The translations under genes and the position numbers were made by a program. Source: Candidatus Woesearchaeota archaeon (lineage in GTDB: Archaea; Nanobdellota; Nanobdellia; Woesearchaeales; SKIA01). From it: a stretch of DNA of 64,000 nt. The stretch is from the NCBI GenBank assembly GCA_046704725.1, contig JBJKRI010000003.1:32001-96000 (forward strand). Reading direction: 5' to 3'. The notes under the pieces were generated by a model that did no database searches, was not told where the DNA came from, and worked only from the letters and a program-made list of their open reading frames with translations. This document shows positions 1-9,936 of the stretch, in pieces; the stretch's first letter is position 1, and each line of letters starts with the position of its first letter.

Positions 1-185
1 ACCACGCCGTGCAGGACACCTATCGCGGCGTCACCTTGCTGAACTGCTCGTGCTGGGTGCCGATTACCGACAACCAGCGCAACTACGGCCTGACGCCCGA
101 CCCGGGAAAGGTCCCTATCGTGAATCTCAAGACGCGGCAGGTACGCCTGCTGCCTTTCGTCAAGACGGAGGAAGACGATGCCTGA
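1..185 (+). CDS. polB: DNA polymerase D small subunit DP1, C-terminal fragment (partial)
   Basis: Manual translation from nt 3: HAVQDTYRGVTLLNCSCW...GLTPDPGKVPIVNLKT, matching the DP1 C-terminus; overlaps the DP2 start. Confidence 0.85.
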   Translation, partial: HAVQDTYRGVTLLNCSCWVPITDNQRNYGLTPDPGKVPIVNLKTRQVRLLPFVKTEEDDA

Positions 186-3100
186 ATACGCCGAGGGAAA
201 GCTGCCCGACGATCTCATCACGTATTTCGAATCGCTCAACACCGAGACGGACCGCGCCTTCGCCATCGCGAAAGCGGCGCGCGCCAAGGGCTACGACCCG
301 GCCGTGGAGCCGGAGATCCAGATCGCCAAGAACATGGCCGAGCGCGTCGTCGGTCTCGTCTCTGTCGCGGCGCCGCAGATCGTCGGTTCGGGAGTGGTCG
401 AGCGTATCCAAGATCTCGAGCGCCAGTACGGCATCCTCGACTGGCGCGTCGCCTTCACCATCGCCTTGGAGGTGGGCCAGCAGAAATACTGCAGTTTCAA
501 GGACGAGCGTGAGGCCATGGAGGTCGGCATCCGCGTCGGTTTCGCCTACGTGACCAACGGCGTGGTCTCCAGCCCCTTGGAGGGTTTCGTCAATCTCGAG
601 TTCGGAAAGCGCATGGACGACGGCAAGGAGTACTTCCGCATCAAGTACGCTGGGCCCGTGCGCAACGCCGGCGGCACCGCGGCGGCTGTCAGCGTGCTCA
701 TCGCCGATTACGTGCGAAAGCACATGGGCTACGCCGAGTACGATCCGCAGCCCGACGAGGTGCAGCGCTGTATCACCGAGCTGGGCAACTATCACGAGCG
801 CATCGCCAACCTCCAGTACTATCCGTCGGACGCGGAGGTGGATTTCCTTGTCTCGCACATGCCCATCGAGGTCGCCGGCGACCCGACAGAGAAGATCGAG
901 GTCTCCAACCACAAGAACCTGCCGCGCATCCCCACCAACAAGCTGCGCTCGGGCTATTGCCTCATCTACTCCTCGTGCATCCCCCTCAAGGGTCCCAAGC
1001 TCTGGAAGCGCCTCGCCAAGTGGGGAAAGGATATGGGCATGGAGCAGTGGGACTTCCTCGAGGAGTTCTTGGAGGTGCAGCACCGCGAGAAGGCCAAGGC
1101 CAAGAGCACGGACAAGGAGGAGGAGACCGTCGGCGTCGCGCCCGTCTACACCTACATCAAGGACCTCGTCGCTGGAAGGCCGGTCTTCGGCCATCCCTTG
1201 CGTCCAGGCGCCTTCCGCCTGCGTTACGGACGCAACCGTTTGTCCGGCCTGTCCGGGCAATCATTACATCCCGCGTCGAGCATCATCCTCAACGAGTTCA
1301 TCGCGACGGGAAGCCAGCTCAAGGTCGAGCGCCCCGGCAAGGCCGCGGCCTTCACCATGTGCGACGAGATCGACGGTCCCATCGTCCGATTGCAGAACGG
1401 TGATGTGCTGCGCGTGCAGACCGCCGAGCAGGCGCGCCGGCTCTCGCCCGACGTGGAGAAGATATTGTTCTCCGGCGACGTCCTCATCTGTTACGGCGAC
1501 TTCCTGGACCGCGCGCATCCCTTGGTGCCCGCCGGTTATGTCGAGGAGTGGTGGGTGCAGGAGCTCGAGAAGGCGGGTTGCGCTGTCCCCGAGGAATTAT
1601 TGGCCGAGCCGTACAAGACAGCGATCTCTTTCGAGGAGGCCATGCGCTACAGCAAGGAGCATGGCGTTCCCTTGCATCCGCGATTCACCTATTACTATTC
1701 CGTCGCTTCTGTTCCGCAGTTGCGCACCCTTTGGGAGGCCATCCGTAAGGCGCCGCACAAGGACAATCTCATCCTCAAGAACCGTCCCGAGGTCAAGGAG
1801 GCGCTCGAGGCGATCGGCGCGCCGCACCGCGTCGTGCAAGAGGAGTATCTCGTCCTGACCGGCGATGACGCGAAAGCGCTGCGCACGTGCCTCTCGCGCG
1901 AGATGCCCGAGGACTGCTCGGACCCGATGGAGTTCATGCAGGCGGTCAGTCCCGTCTTCGTGCGCGACAAGGCCGGCACCTTCATCGGCACGCGTCTCGG
2001 ACGCCCGGAGAAGGCGAAGATGCGCAAATTGCGTGGCAGCCCGCACACCTTGTTCCCCATCGGCGAGGAGGGCGGTCGCTTGCGCAGCGTGAACGCCGCC
2101 CTCGAGGTCGGTCACGTCAACAGCAGCTTCGAGATCTACTATTGCCCGTCGTGCAAGGAGGAGCGCGTGACCCGTCGCTGCCCGGTCTGCGACGGATTGT
2201 GCGAGGAGCGCTACTACTGCCGCCAGTGCGGCACGACCGAGCGCGCGGAGTGCGACCGCGGAAAGCACAGTCGCGCGAAGGAGATGTCCGTCCCTATCGG
2301 CGAGTACATGGATTTCTGCATGCGGCGCATGGACACCAAGGTCATGCCCGACCTCATCAAGGGCGTTCGCGGCACCGCGAACGAGGACCACGCGGTCGAG
2401 CACTTGCTCAAGGGTTTCTTGCGCGCGAGAAACGACGTGTATGTCAACAAGGACGGCACGGTGCGCTACGACGCTTCCGAGGTGCCGGTCACGCATTTCC
2501 GTTGCGACGAGATCGGCATCGACGTCGCCACGGTCAAGCGCTTGGGCTATATCCACGACATCCACGGCGAGCCCATCGAGCGCGAGAGCCAGGTCATCGA
2601 ATTGTTCCCGCAGGACGTCATCTTGCCCGCGTGCGACGAGGCTCCCGATGAGAAGAGCGACGACGTGTTGTTCAAGACCTCGCGTTTCATCGACGAATTG
2701 TTGGTGCATCTCTACGGCGAGAAGTCTTTCTACAACGCCAAGAGCCCGAAGGATCTCGTCGGTCATTTGGTGTTGGCCTTGGCGCCGCACACGAGCGCTG
2801 CTACTGTGGGGCGCATCATCGGGTTTTCTAAGACGCAAGGACTCTTCTTCCATCCCTACCTGCACTCCGCCACCAGGCGTGACTGCGACGGCGACGAGGG
2901 CTGCGTCTTCTTGGTGCTTGACGCTTTCCTGAACTTCTCCCGTCGCTACCTCCCCTCGTCCCGCGGCGGAACGATGGACGCTCCGTTGGTACTGACGACG
3001 GTATTGGCTCCTGCCGAAGTCGATGACATGGTATTGAACATGGATATCGCCTGGCGCTATCCGCTGGAATTGTACGAGGGGGCGCAGGAGTTCAAGATGC

Positions 3101-3630
3101 CTTGGGACGTGAAGATCCCTGTCATCGGCAAGACGCTCGGCACGCCCAAGGAGTTCTACGGCATGGGCTTCACCCACGGCACGGCGAGCATCAACGCGGG
3201 CAACCGCGTGAGCGTCTACAAGACCTTGCCGTCCATGCAGGAGAAGCTCGAGTCACAGATGGACCTCGCCAAGAAGCTCGTCGCCGTCGACGAGCGCGAC
3301 GTCGCGCGCTTGGTCATCGAGAAGCACTTCATCCGCGACCTCAAGGGGAATCTTCGCAAGTTCTCCCAGCAGGTCTTCCGCTGCGTCAAGTGCAACGAGA
3401 AGTATCGCCGCCCGCCCCTGCGCGGCTCGTGCACGTGCGGCGGGCGCATCATCTTCACGATCAGCGAGGGCTCTGTGGTGAAGTATCTGACCCCCGCCGA
3501 GTCGCTCGTGCAGACCTACGACCTCGACCCCTACCTCGCGCAGTCGATCGACCTTACGCGCCGGCGCGTCGAGGAGGTCTTCGGCAAGGATCCCGAGAAG
3601 CAGCTCGGATTGGGTGCGTGGTTCGGATGA
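178..3630 (+). CDS. polC: DNA polymerase D large subunit DP2
   Basis: 1150 aa; YAGPVRNAGGTAAA, FRLRYGR, catalytic RRDCDGDE, Zn fingers, C-terminal PIP-like QLGLGAWF. Confidence 0.98.
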   Translation: MPEYAEGKLPDDLITYFESLNTETDRAFAIAKAARAKGYDPAVEPEIQIAKNMAERVVGLVSVAAPQIVGSGVVERIQDLERQYGILDWRVAFTIALEVGQQKYCSFKDEREAMEVGIRVGFAYVTNGVVSSPLEGFVNLEFGKRMDDGKEYFRIKYAGPVRNAGGTAAAVSVLIADYVRKHMGYAEYDPQPDEVQRCITELGNYHERIANLQYYPSDAEVDFLVSHMPIEVAGDPTEKIEVSNHKNLPRIPTNKLRSGYCLIYSSCIPLKGPKLWKRLAKWGKDMGMEQWDFLEEFLEVQHREKAKAKSTDKEEETVGVAPVYTYIKDLVAGRPVFGHPLRPGAFRLRYGRNRLSGLSGQSLHPASSIILNEFIATGSQLKVERPGKAAAFTMCDEIDGPIVRLQNGDVLRVQTAEQARRLSPDVEKILFSGDVLICYGDFLDRAHPLVPAGYVEEWWVQELEKAGCAVPEELLAEPYKTAISFEEAMRYSKEHGVPLHPRFTYYYSVASVPQLRTLWEAIRKAPHKDNLILKNRPEVKEALEAIGAPHRVVQEEYLVLTGDDAKALRTCLSREMPEDCSDPMEFMQAVSPVFVRDKAGTFIGTRLGRPEKAKMRKLRGSPHTLFPIGEEGGRLRSVNAALEVGHVNSSFEIYYCPSCKEERVTRRCPVCDGLCEERYYCRQCGTTERAECDRGKHSRAKEMSVPIGEYMDFCMRRMDTKVMPDLIKGVRGTANEDHAVEHLLKGFLRARNDVYVNKDGTVRYDASEVPVTHFRCDEIGIDVATVKRLGYIHDIHGEPIERESQVIELFPQDVILPACDEAPDEKSDDVLFKTSRFIDELLVHLYGEKSFYNAKSPKDLVGHLVLALAPHTSAATVGRIIGFSKTQGLFFHPYLHSATRRDCDGDEGCVFLVLDAFLNFSRRYLPSSRGGTMDAPLVLTTVLAPAEVDDMVLNMDIAWRYPLELYEGAQEFKMPWDVKIPVIGKTLGTPKEFYGMGFTHGTASINAGNRVSVYKTLPSMQEKLESQMDLAKKLVAVDERDVARLVIEKHFIRDLKGNLRKFSQQVFRCVKCNEKYRRPPLRGSCTCGGRIIFTISEGSVVKYLTPAESLVQTYDLDPYLAQSIDLTRRRVEEVFGKDPEKQLGLGAWFG

Positions 3631-3989
3631 CTAGCGCCTCCTCAGCGAAGCGCTTGAAGAAATTCCAGCGAAGATGGGCAAAGAAATGTGCCGAGATTAA
3701 GACGCAAAGCTTTAGTGCTGAGCAAGCGGGCAGTATCTACAATGATTTTCACTCAGAGATGGTTGATATTCTATTTTTGGAGCGTAATCGACAGTGGAGG
3801 GATGATATCAAAATAGTGTCTACCGATGTACATCATGCTCTGGAGGTGGCGAGGTATAACTATGAGCACCAACGAAAGAATATCTTTGATCGGATATTTG
3901 GCGGAATACGTAATCTGTTCGTTGGTAAGAACACTGTGCAGGTCCCAGGAGCTACACCCAGCGATTCACACCAAATCCGTAAATCCTGA
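3627..3989 (+). CDS. hypothetical protein (AT-richer orphan)
   Basis: ATGA overlap with the polC stop; 120-aa open frame MTSASSAKRLKK... Confidence 0.55.
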   Translation: MTSASSAKRLKKFQRRWAKKCAEIKTQSFSAEQAGSIYNDFHSEMVDILFLERNRQWRDDIKIVSTDVHHALEVARYNYEHQRKNIFDRIFGGIRNLFVGKNTVQVPGATPSDSHQIRKS

Positions 3990-4068
3990 TGTGGGTATTA
4001 TCTTGTGATTTCACCGTGGCTGCACTGCGACAATGCGCGAGTCGCGTGTTTTCTCATGGCGGTTCTGT

Positions 4069-4362
4069 CTATGGGAAGTCCTCGTACGGCGGCGTTCGCT
4101 TGCGCCCGACCGGTCCGCGTGTGGTCTTGTAATAATCGTATGCTTCTTGCACGACGGTCGGCGCTGTGCTGTTGAGCAGTGAACCGACGTTCCATTGGGT
4201 CATACCCTCGAACCGTTCTTGGATCCTGTAGAGGATCGCCGCTAGCTCTTCAGGTGGCACGACCATTTCTGCGTGCGACAAGCTGTCCTTATAGAGCTCG
4301 TCGAGTTGCTCCGTGAGTCGTTGCTGTGCCCTTTGCATGCCGCCCGGGTATTGCGCAAGCAT
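4069..4362 (-). CDS. hypothetical protein
   Basis: 97-aa ORF filling an intergenic gap, protein-like composition. Confidence 0.45.
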   Translation of the reverse strand: MLAQYPGGMQRAQQRLTEQLDELYKDSLSHAEMVVPPEELAAILYRIQERFEGMTQWNVGSLLNSTAPTVVQEAYDYYKTTRGPVGRKRTPPYEDFP

Positions 4363-4389
4363 ATATTCTTTCGCACGCTATCTTGTAGC

Positions 4390-4719
4390 ATGGAGGTATC
4401 AGAGGTCATCGATCAGGTCAAGGGCATACCTGCCATCGTCGAGGGAAAGCGCGATACCGCTTCCTTGCGCGAGCTTGGTTTCACAGACATCCACGAGCTC
4501 GACACGGCGCTCTTCCATATCGTCGAGCGTTTCGACAAGGGAGCGACCGTGCAGATCCTCACCGACCTCGACAAGAAGGGAAAACAGCTGTACCGTCGTC
4601 TCTATCACGAGTTCTCGCAGCGCGGCGTGCGTGTGGACAATCGCTTGCGCGAGGCGCTGTTCAACACGGACCTCTCTCACATCGAGGGCCTCGCCGGCTG
4701 GCTCGACAATCACGCATAA
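4390..4719 (+). CDS. small TOPRIM-domain protein
   Basis: IVEGKRD and ILTDLDKKG TOPRIM motifs, C-terminal IEGL; ATG at 4390. Confidence 0.9.
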   Translation: MEVSEVIDQVKGIPAIVEGKRDTASLRELGFTDIHELDTALFHIVERFDKGATVQILTDLDKKGKQLYRRLYHEFSQRGVRVDNRLREALFNTDLSHIEGLAGWLDNHA

Positions 4720-4751
4720 GGCTTATATGCGTCCGTCCGCCTCGATTCCGC

Positions 4752-5000
4752 ATGCGTTTCGACGATTCGGCTTCCATCGAGGGTTTGGCGGTGCTCGGTC
4801 CTTGGCGGGCTGGCTCTGTGCGCGCCGATCTGCGCGTGCATCGTCTTCTCGGGGAAAAGCACCCCGCGCAGGAGCGTCTCGACCGACGGTATGCTGGTGA
4901 TTCCAGATACGTCGCCGGTCAGTTCGCGGCGCACACGTATCAGTTCGCTGCTTTGCTTGTCCCTATCGCTCCGCTCTTCTACGAGTTGCTCAAGCGCTAG
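4752..5000 (+). CDS. hypothetical protein
   Basis: 82-aa ORF after a TTATAT box, convergent with aIF2-beta. Confidence 0.4.
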   Translation: MRFDDSASIEGLAVLGPWRAGSVRADLRVHRLLGEKHPAQERLDRRYAGDSRYVAGQFAAHTYQFAALLVPIAPLFYELLKR

Positions 5001-5407
5001 ATCGCTTTCTTGAGGGCGTGCTTGGCGCCGCAGGCCTGGCATTTCAGGAACAGCGCCTGCCCGATCTTCTCGATCTTCGTGTCTGGTTTTCCGCAGTCGC
5101 TGCACAGCACGTACGCTTGCGCGTACTCGGCGATCTTGTCGTTGATGCGCGATGCCGACAGCTTGCTGTTGAAGATGGCGTACTGGTCCTTCTTGATGAC
5201 GCCTTTGGCTGCGAGCTCTTTCGAGAGGAACTTGAGGACGTGGCGCATGGGCCTGTTCAGGTCGTCCGCGATCTGCGCGAAGTTGCTGATGATGGTCGCG
5301 TTGCCCTGGATGTGCCCTTTGACGCGCGGCAGCTCGAAGCGTTCGCTCCCTTCGGCTATCTCGGGGAGCTGTTCTTTCGCTCGCTTGAGCATCTCCGCGT
5401 ATTCCAT
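4997..5407 (-). CDS. eif2b: translation initiation factor aIF-2 beta
   Basis: ERFELP, FLSKELAA, Zn ribbon CSDCGKPDT...CQACGA. Confidence 0.96.
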   Translation of the reverse strand: MEYAEMLKRAKEQLPEIAEGSERFELPRVKGHIQGNATIISNFAQIADDLNRPMRHVLKFLSKELAAKGVIKKDQYAIFNSKLSASRINDKIAEYAQAYVLCSDCGKPDTKIEKIGQALFLKCQACGAKHALKKAI

Positions 5408-5502
5408 CGTCTGCGAGAATGGCACGCGTTTCTTAAAGGTGTGGGTAGATTATTTCTATATGGAAGGAGAGGATTAAGTAGGAGTCTTTATTCCCTCAGG
5501 TC

Positions 5503-5964
5503 ATGTATCGCCGGAACGTCGCGGACGCGATCCACACGGAATCCCTGCCGATGGCCGTAGAGCTCGGGCAGGATGTTGGCAGTGCCGGCAGGCGGTTCAG
5601 CCTTGCAGGTATGTTCTACATGCCTGTGGACGATGAGCGACCAGGGCTCATAACAGTCATCTCGCATCATCTCGCCGCATTGTCCGGTCTGTTGCACGGA
5701 GAGACTGTGGACGCGCGTCTTCACCAGCAAGGGCTCCTAGCGAGCGGCACGCTCGCGCTCAACGACCTAACAGTGAAGGGTGAGTTCACGTACTGGAGAA
5801 ATCCAGGTCTCGGCCTACCGCGGAGCTTCACCGTCAATGGTGGATGGCACCAAGGTGCCTATGGCGGTCTTTGGCAATCGGATGGGGTGAAGGGGATGTT
5901 CTATCTGCGCCCATATCTCGATTTCCGATCGGATGGCCCTGTGGAACAGCGACGCGTCGGCTGA
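5503..5964 (+). CDS. hypothetical protein
   Basis: 153-aa ORF between aIF2-beta and hef; no recognised family. Confidence 0.55.
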   Translation: MYRRNVADAIHTESLPMAVELGQDVGSAGRRFSLAGMFYMPVDDERPGLITVISHHLAALSGLLHGETVDARLHQQGLLASGTLALNDLTVKGEFTYWRNPGLGLPRSFTVNGGWHQGAYGGLWQSDGVKGMFYLRPYLDFRSDGPVEQRRVG

Positions 5965-6017
5965 CCACTGGACAATCACCCGCAATGAAATAAAAAGCCC
6001 CTTCACATTTCTTTCCC

Positions 6018-8180
6018 GTGATCTCGTTCACGCCGCGATTGTACCAGCAGACCATCGTCGGCACGGCCTCCTTGCACAACACGCTCGTCGTGCTCCCGAC
6101 CGGTCTTGGCAAGACGCACATCGCCATCATGCTCGCGGCCCACCGGCTCAAGCAATACCCCAAGAGCAAGATCCTCGTCCTCGCCCCGACAAAGCCGTTG
6201 GTGGACCAGCACACCAAGACCTTCGCCGAGCACCTGCCCGATGCGGAATCGCTCTCCACCGTCCTCACCGGTCGCGTCTCCCCCGAGAAGCGCCAGACAG
6301 AGTACGAACGCGCCACCTTCATCTTCAGCACCCCGCAGACCATCGAGAACGATCTGCTATCGGACCGCGTCTCCCTCAAGGACGTCAGCCTCCTCGTCCT
6401 GGACGAGGCGCACCGCGCCGTCGGCGACTACGCCTACGTCTACATCGCCAAGCAATACCGCAAGCACGCATCGCACGAGCGCATCCTGTCTCTCACCGCT
6501 TCGCCGGGAAGCGACAAGCAATCCATCGAGGAGGTCGTGCGTAATGTCGCGGCCGAGAAGATCGAGGTGCGCACGCAAGACGATCCCGACGTCAAGCCCT
6601 ACGTGCAGGAGATGGAGGTGCAGTACCGCGAGGTCGACCTCCCCCCGCAGCTCACCGCGCTGCGCGACGTCGTCGCGCGCCTCATACGCAACCGCCTGTC
6701 CATGCTCAAGCAGCACGGTTTCATCAATGACACGCAGCTCAACAAGACGCAGCTCCTCATGGCCCAGAAGGAACTGCAGGGACAGCTGCGCGGCGGACAG
6801 CCCGACCCCATGGTCTGGCGCGCCCTCTCCGTGCTCGCCGAGGTCATGAAGGCGCAGCACGCGCAAGAGCTCTTGGAGAGCCAGGGCGTCTCCGCGGTGG
6901 TGAGCTATCTCTCATCCTTGGAGCGGCAGGCCGCGAGAGGCCAGTCCAAGGCCGTCAAGAACCTCGTCTCCGACCCGGAGTTTCGCCATGTCATTATGAC
7001 CGCGCAGTCCCTCGAGGAAAAAGGCGTCGAGCACCCCAAGCTCGCCACGTTGTTGGCGCTGGTCAAGCTCACGCTCACCAAGAACAAGAGGGCGAAGATC
7101 ATCGTCTTCTCGCAGTACCGCGACATGGCGCAGAAGATCGTCAAGTCATTGGGGGAGAAAGCGCGATTGTTCGTCGGCCAGCAGAAGAAGGGCGAGACCG
7201 GGTTGACGCAGAAAGAGCAAAAAGAGATGCTCGCCGAGTTCCGCGAAGGAGAGTTCCCCGTGCTCGTCGCGACCGCCGTCGGCGAGGAGGGACTCGACAT
7301 CCCCAGCGTCGACCTCGTCGCCTTCTACGAGCCCGTGCCCAGCGCGATACGCACTATCCAGCGCCGCGGCCGCACCGGACGGCACGACACGGGCCATGTC
7401 GTCGTGCTCGTCGCCAAAGGCACGCGCGACGAGGGCTATCGCTGGTCCGCCCATCACAAGGAGAAGCGCATGCACCGCGCCCTCCAGCAGGTCGCCGCCG
7501 CCCCGGCCCCCAAGCAGCAGTCCACGCTCTCCGAGTTCACGCAGGAGACGGTCATCTATGCCGATAGCAGGGAGAAGGGTTCGGGCGTCCTCAAGGAACT
7601 CCAGTCGTTGGGCGTCAAGCTCGTCCTGCGACAGTTGGACGTCGGCGACTACGTCTTGTCCAAGCGCGTCTGCGTGGAGTTCAAGGCCGTCGACGATTTC
7701 GTCAACAGCATCCTCGACGGTCGGCTCATGGCGCAGATGCGCGCCCTCACCCGCTACCAGCGTCCCTTGCTCGTCGTGCAGGGCGGTGATTGGTATTCGC
7801 AGCGCAACGTCCATCCGAATGCCATCCGTGGAGCCCTTTCGGCGATCAGCGTGAGCTTCGGCGTTCCCATCCTGACGACGCAGAACGACAAGGACACCGC
7901 TTCCTTGCTCGCGTTGATCGCGCGCCGGGAGAAGGACGGCGGCATCGGCGCGGCTGAGTTCGCCGCACCGCGCCCCCAGAACGAGCAAGAAGAATTGGTC
8001 GCTGTGGTCGCGCAATTGCACGGCGTCGGGCCCGTGCTCGCGCCTAAGTTGCTCGCATTCTTCGGTACGCTGCGTGACCTCGCCAACGCGTCCGTCGATG
8101 ATTTGACGTCGGTCGAGGGGATAGGGAAGAAGAAGGCCGAGGAGATCTACGCGGCCTTGACACGCCGGTTCGAAGCGTGA
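6018..8180 (+). CDS. hef: Hef/FANCM-like DEAH helicase fused to ERCC4 nuclease and HhH
   Basis: PTGLGKT, DEAH, TASPG, QRRGRTGR; ERCC4 DSRE, VGDY, EFKAVDD; two C-terminal HhH motifs. Confidence 0.96.
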   Translation: MISFTPRLYQQTIVGTASLHNTLVVLPTGLGKTHIAIMLAAHRLKQYPKSKILVLAPTKPLVDQHTKTFAEHLPDAESLSTVLTGRVSPEKRQTEYERATFIFSTPQTIENDLLSDRVSLKDVSLLVLDEAHRAVGDYAYVYIAKQYRKHASHERILSLTASPGSDKQSIEEVVRNVAAEKIEVRTQDDPDVKPYVQEMEVQYREVDLPPQLTALRDVVARLIRNRLSMLKQHGFINDTQLNKTQLLMAQKELQGQLRGGQPDPMVWRALSVLAEVMKAQHAQELLESQGVSAVVSYLSSLERQAARGQSKAVKNLVSDPEFRHVIMTAQSLEEKGVEHPKLATLLALVKLTLTKNKRAKIIVFSQYRDMAQKIVKSLGEKARLFVGQQKKGETGLTQKEQKEMLAEFREGEFPVLVATAVGEEGLDIPSVDLVAFYEPVPSAIRTIQRRGRTGRHDTGHVVVLVAKGTRDEGYRWSAHHKEKRMHRALQQVAAAPAPKQQSTLSEFTQETVIYADSREKGSGVLKELQSLGVKLVLRQLDVGDYVLSKRVCVEFKAVDDFVNSILDGRLMAQMRALTRYQRPLLVVQGGDWYSQRNVHPNAIRGALSAISVSFGVPILTTQNDKDTASLLALIARREKDGGIGAAEFAAPRPQNEQEELVAVVAQLHGVGPVLAPKLLAFFGTLRDLANASVDDLTSVEGIGKKKAEEIYAALTRRFEA

Positions 8181-8453
8181 GGACCTTGTATTCCTGCTCT
8201 CCCGGTCCACCAAGATACTCGGCCGGCTGCTGCGCGAGGGGGAATCCGGGATTCGTGTTCGCGGGAACCTCGTACGTGCCTCTGAGCGCCGCCCGCTCGG
8301 CCAGCGGTTTCGCGGGCAGGGTGTACGCGGTGAATGCCGTGGCGAGGGCTGCGATGCCGATGAGCTTGTGCATGACATAGGCGTGCGCTCCGTGCTTTTC
8401 TTGTTTGTGGTGGAGCAGCGCATCTTTTATACTCCTGTTCATAGGAATCAGTC

Positions 8454-8774
8454 ATGGGCATCTTTTTCCTCTCCGAGCAGCGACGGAAAGAGGGCAAGCA
8501 TTGGTGGGTCCTCTCTGCCGAGAGCACCCCGTTCATCGGGTATCTCGTCTTGTTCTTGATCGTGCTCGCCTCGGCGATCTGGCCGTTCACCTTCGTCTAC
8601 GTTCTCGGTCATGCGTATATCGTCGTGATGCCAGTCCTCATCGCGCTCTTCGTCGGATTGACGGGCGACCTCGCATACGAGTCGCGCCCGTTGTTCTTCG
8701 TGCGATTTCGGAAGAAGCGTTTCACCATCGAGCGCCTCCCTAATGGCACGCGTCGCGTCTGGATCGAGCGTTAG
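8454..8774 (+). CDS. small membrane protein
   Basis: Two hydrophobic segments; TTTTATA about 25 nt upstream. Confidence 0.6.
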   Translation: MGIFFLSEQRRKEGKHWWVLSAESTPFIGYLVLFLIVLASAIWPFTFVYVLGHAYIVVMPVLIALFVGLTGDLAYESRPLFFVRFRKKRFTIERLPNGTRRVWIER

Positions 8775-8848
8775 TCCTTGGCGCCCGCGCCGTTCCGGAC
8801 ATGCTTCTCCACAAGCTTTATTTTCTCCACTCTTTCGTGGTCCTGTAA

Positions 8849-9571
8849 ATGTTCCCCGGACACCCATCAACGTACGTCCTCATCCCCGAAGCAGACGGCG
8901 AACCGCAATTCTTGTTCGCGCGGAGTTGTCTCCCAGAGAAGTATTTCCGTAGCCACAGCTCCAGTCTTCCTCCAGGGCTTCCGCAGAACCAATTCAAGCG
9001 CGCCAGCAAGGCCGGGTTCCAGAACACCATATCTCCGCATGGTTTCGCCGGTTTCATGACCATCGACGAGGCGGCTGAGGTGGCGCGTCTCCTGGGCCGT
9101 TCGCTGCCAACTCCCTCTCAACTCGCGCGGGCGCTCGCGTATCTGGAGAGCGAAGAGCCGCTCTACAACGAGTTCTTGCTGCGGTACGACGATAAGGAGG
9201 CGCAACAGTTACGCGATGACGTTCTCTTTTCCCTTGCTCCCCGGATCGAGTTCCTGCAAGGGTATGTCCGGTATGACAGCATGTGCTATCACTTCGGTCT
9301 TGAGAACACCCGTGATCTGTCGGACAAGGTCAATCTGTACAATGCGTTGCCCGTCGGACGCCACGCTATCTCCAGCGAGCGGTGGATGCGCGATAATATC
9401 GCAGGCTTTCCGACAGCCGAGGCGAAGAAGGGTCGTAGCGATATGGAGTTCTCGTTCACTGACGACGGCCGCGATCTCGGCGTGTACTGGGATGCGAGCG
9501 TTAATCGGCTCGCGATCGTGTCGCGCCACAAGGCTCCGCTCGGGGCGGTCCGTCTGGTACGTCACCCGTAA
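8849..9571 (+). CDS. hypothetical protein, possible FGE/C-type lectin-like fold
   Basis: 240-aa ORF; EAAEVARLLGRSLPT and terminal GAVRLVR weakly recall FGE-sulfatase/CLec motifs. Confidence 0.55.
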   Translation: MFPGHPSTYVLIPEADGEPQFLFARSCLPEKYFRSHSSSLPPGLPQNQFKRASKAGFQNTISPHGFAGFMTIDEAAEVARLLGRSLPTPSQLARALAYLESEEPLYNEFLLRYDDKEAQQLRDDVLFSLAPRIEFLQGYVRYDSMCYHFGLENTRDLSDKVNLYNALPVGRHAISSERWMRDNIAGFPTAEAKKGRSDMEFSFTDDGRDLGVYWDASVNRLAIVSRHKAPLGAVRLVRHP

Positions 9572-9574
9572 CGG

Positions 9575-9919
9575 TCAACCGCTCTCCAGGACGCGTGCGA
9601 GCACCACGGCATTGTTGTGCTGCGTGTCCTTCGCCGCGTACACCAGTGTGACGCGCTTTTGTGCCCGGAGGCGTTCCAGCGCGTCCTTGTGCGCCGGGAG
9701 CTCTTTCTCGTAGCGTTCGGCGAATTCCCTAAAGCGCCCGGGTTCGTGGCCGAACCACTTGCGCAGCCCGTCGCTCGGCGCGAGCTCTTTTTCCCACGCG
9801 TCGATACGCAACTCCTTTTTTGAGACGCCGCGCGGCCAGAGCCGGTCCACGAGGACGCGATAGCCGTCGTCCTGTGATGCAGCCTCGTACGCTCGCTTCA
9901 GCCGGATCTCCACGCGCAT
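9575..9919 (-). CDS. DUF488/YeaO family protein
   Basis: IRLKRAY, DGYRVLVDRLWPRGVSK, APSDGLRKWFGH, VTLVYAAKD..HNNAVVL. Confidence 0.93.
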   Translation of the reverse strand: MRVEIRLKRAYEAASQDDGYRVLVDRLWPRGVSKKELRIDAWEKELAPSDGLRKWFGHEPGRFREFAERYEKELPAHKDALERLRAQKRVTLVYAAKDTQHNNAVVLARVLESG

Positions 9920-9936
9920 CTCCACGTCCGCATGGT

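Noticed and set aside
160-3177. Long antisense and alternate-frame ORFs (e.g. 160..1260, 1597..3177; also 17002..18816, 40951..42483, 45770..47362, 62867..63991)
   Set aside because: Shadow ORFs of GC-rich genes: they overlap clearly identified proteins and lack motifs
178-3630. Inteins in DP2 (and in RFC-S or GyrA)
   Set aside because: Lengths are normal, conserved motifs are contiguous, and no intein terminal motifs were seen
8044-8373. Minus-strand ORF with a signal-peptide-like start (MHKLIGIAALATAF)
   Set aside because: It runs about 135 nt into the hef 3' end and has no recognisable domain; too uncertain to call
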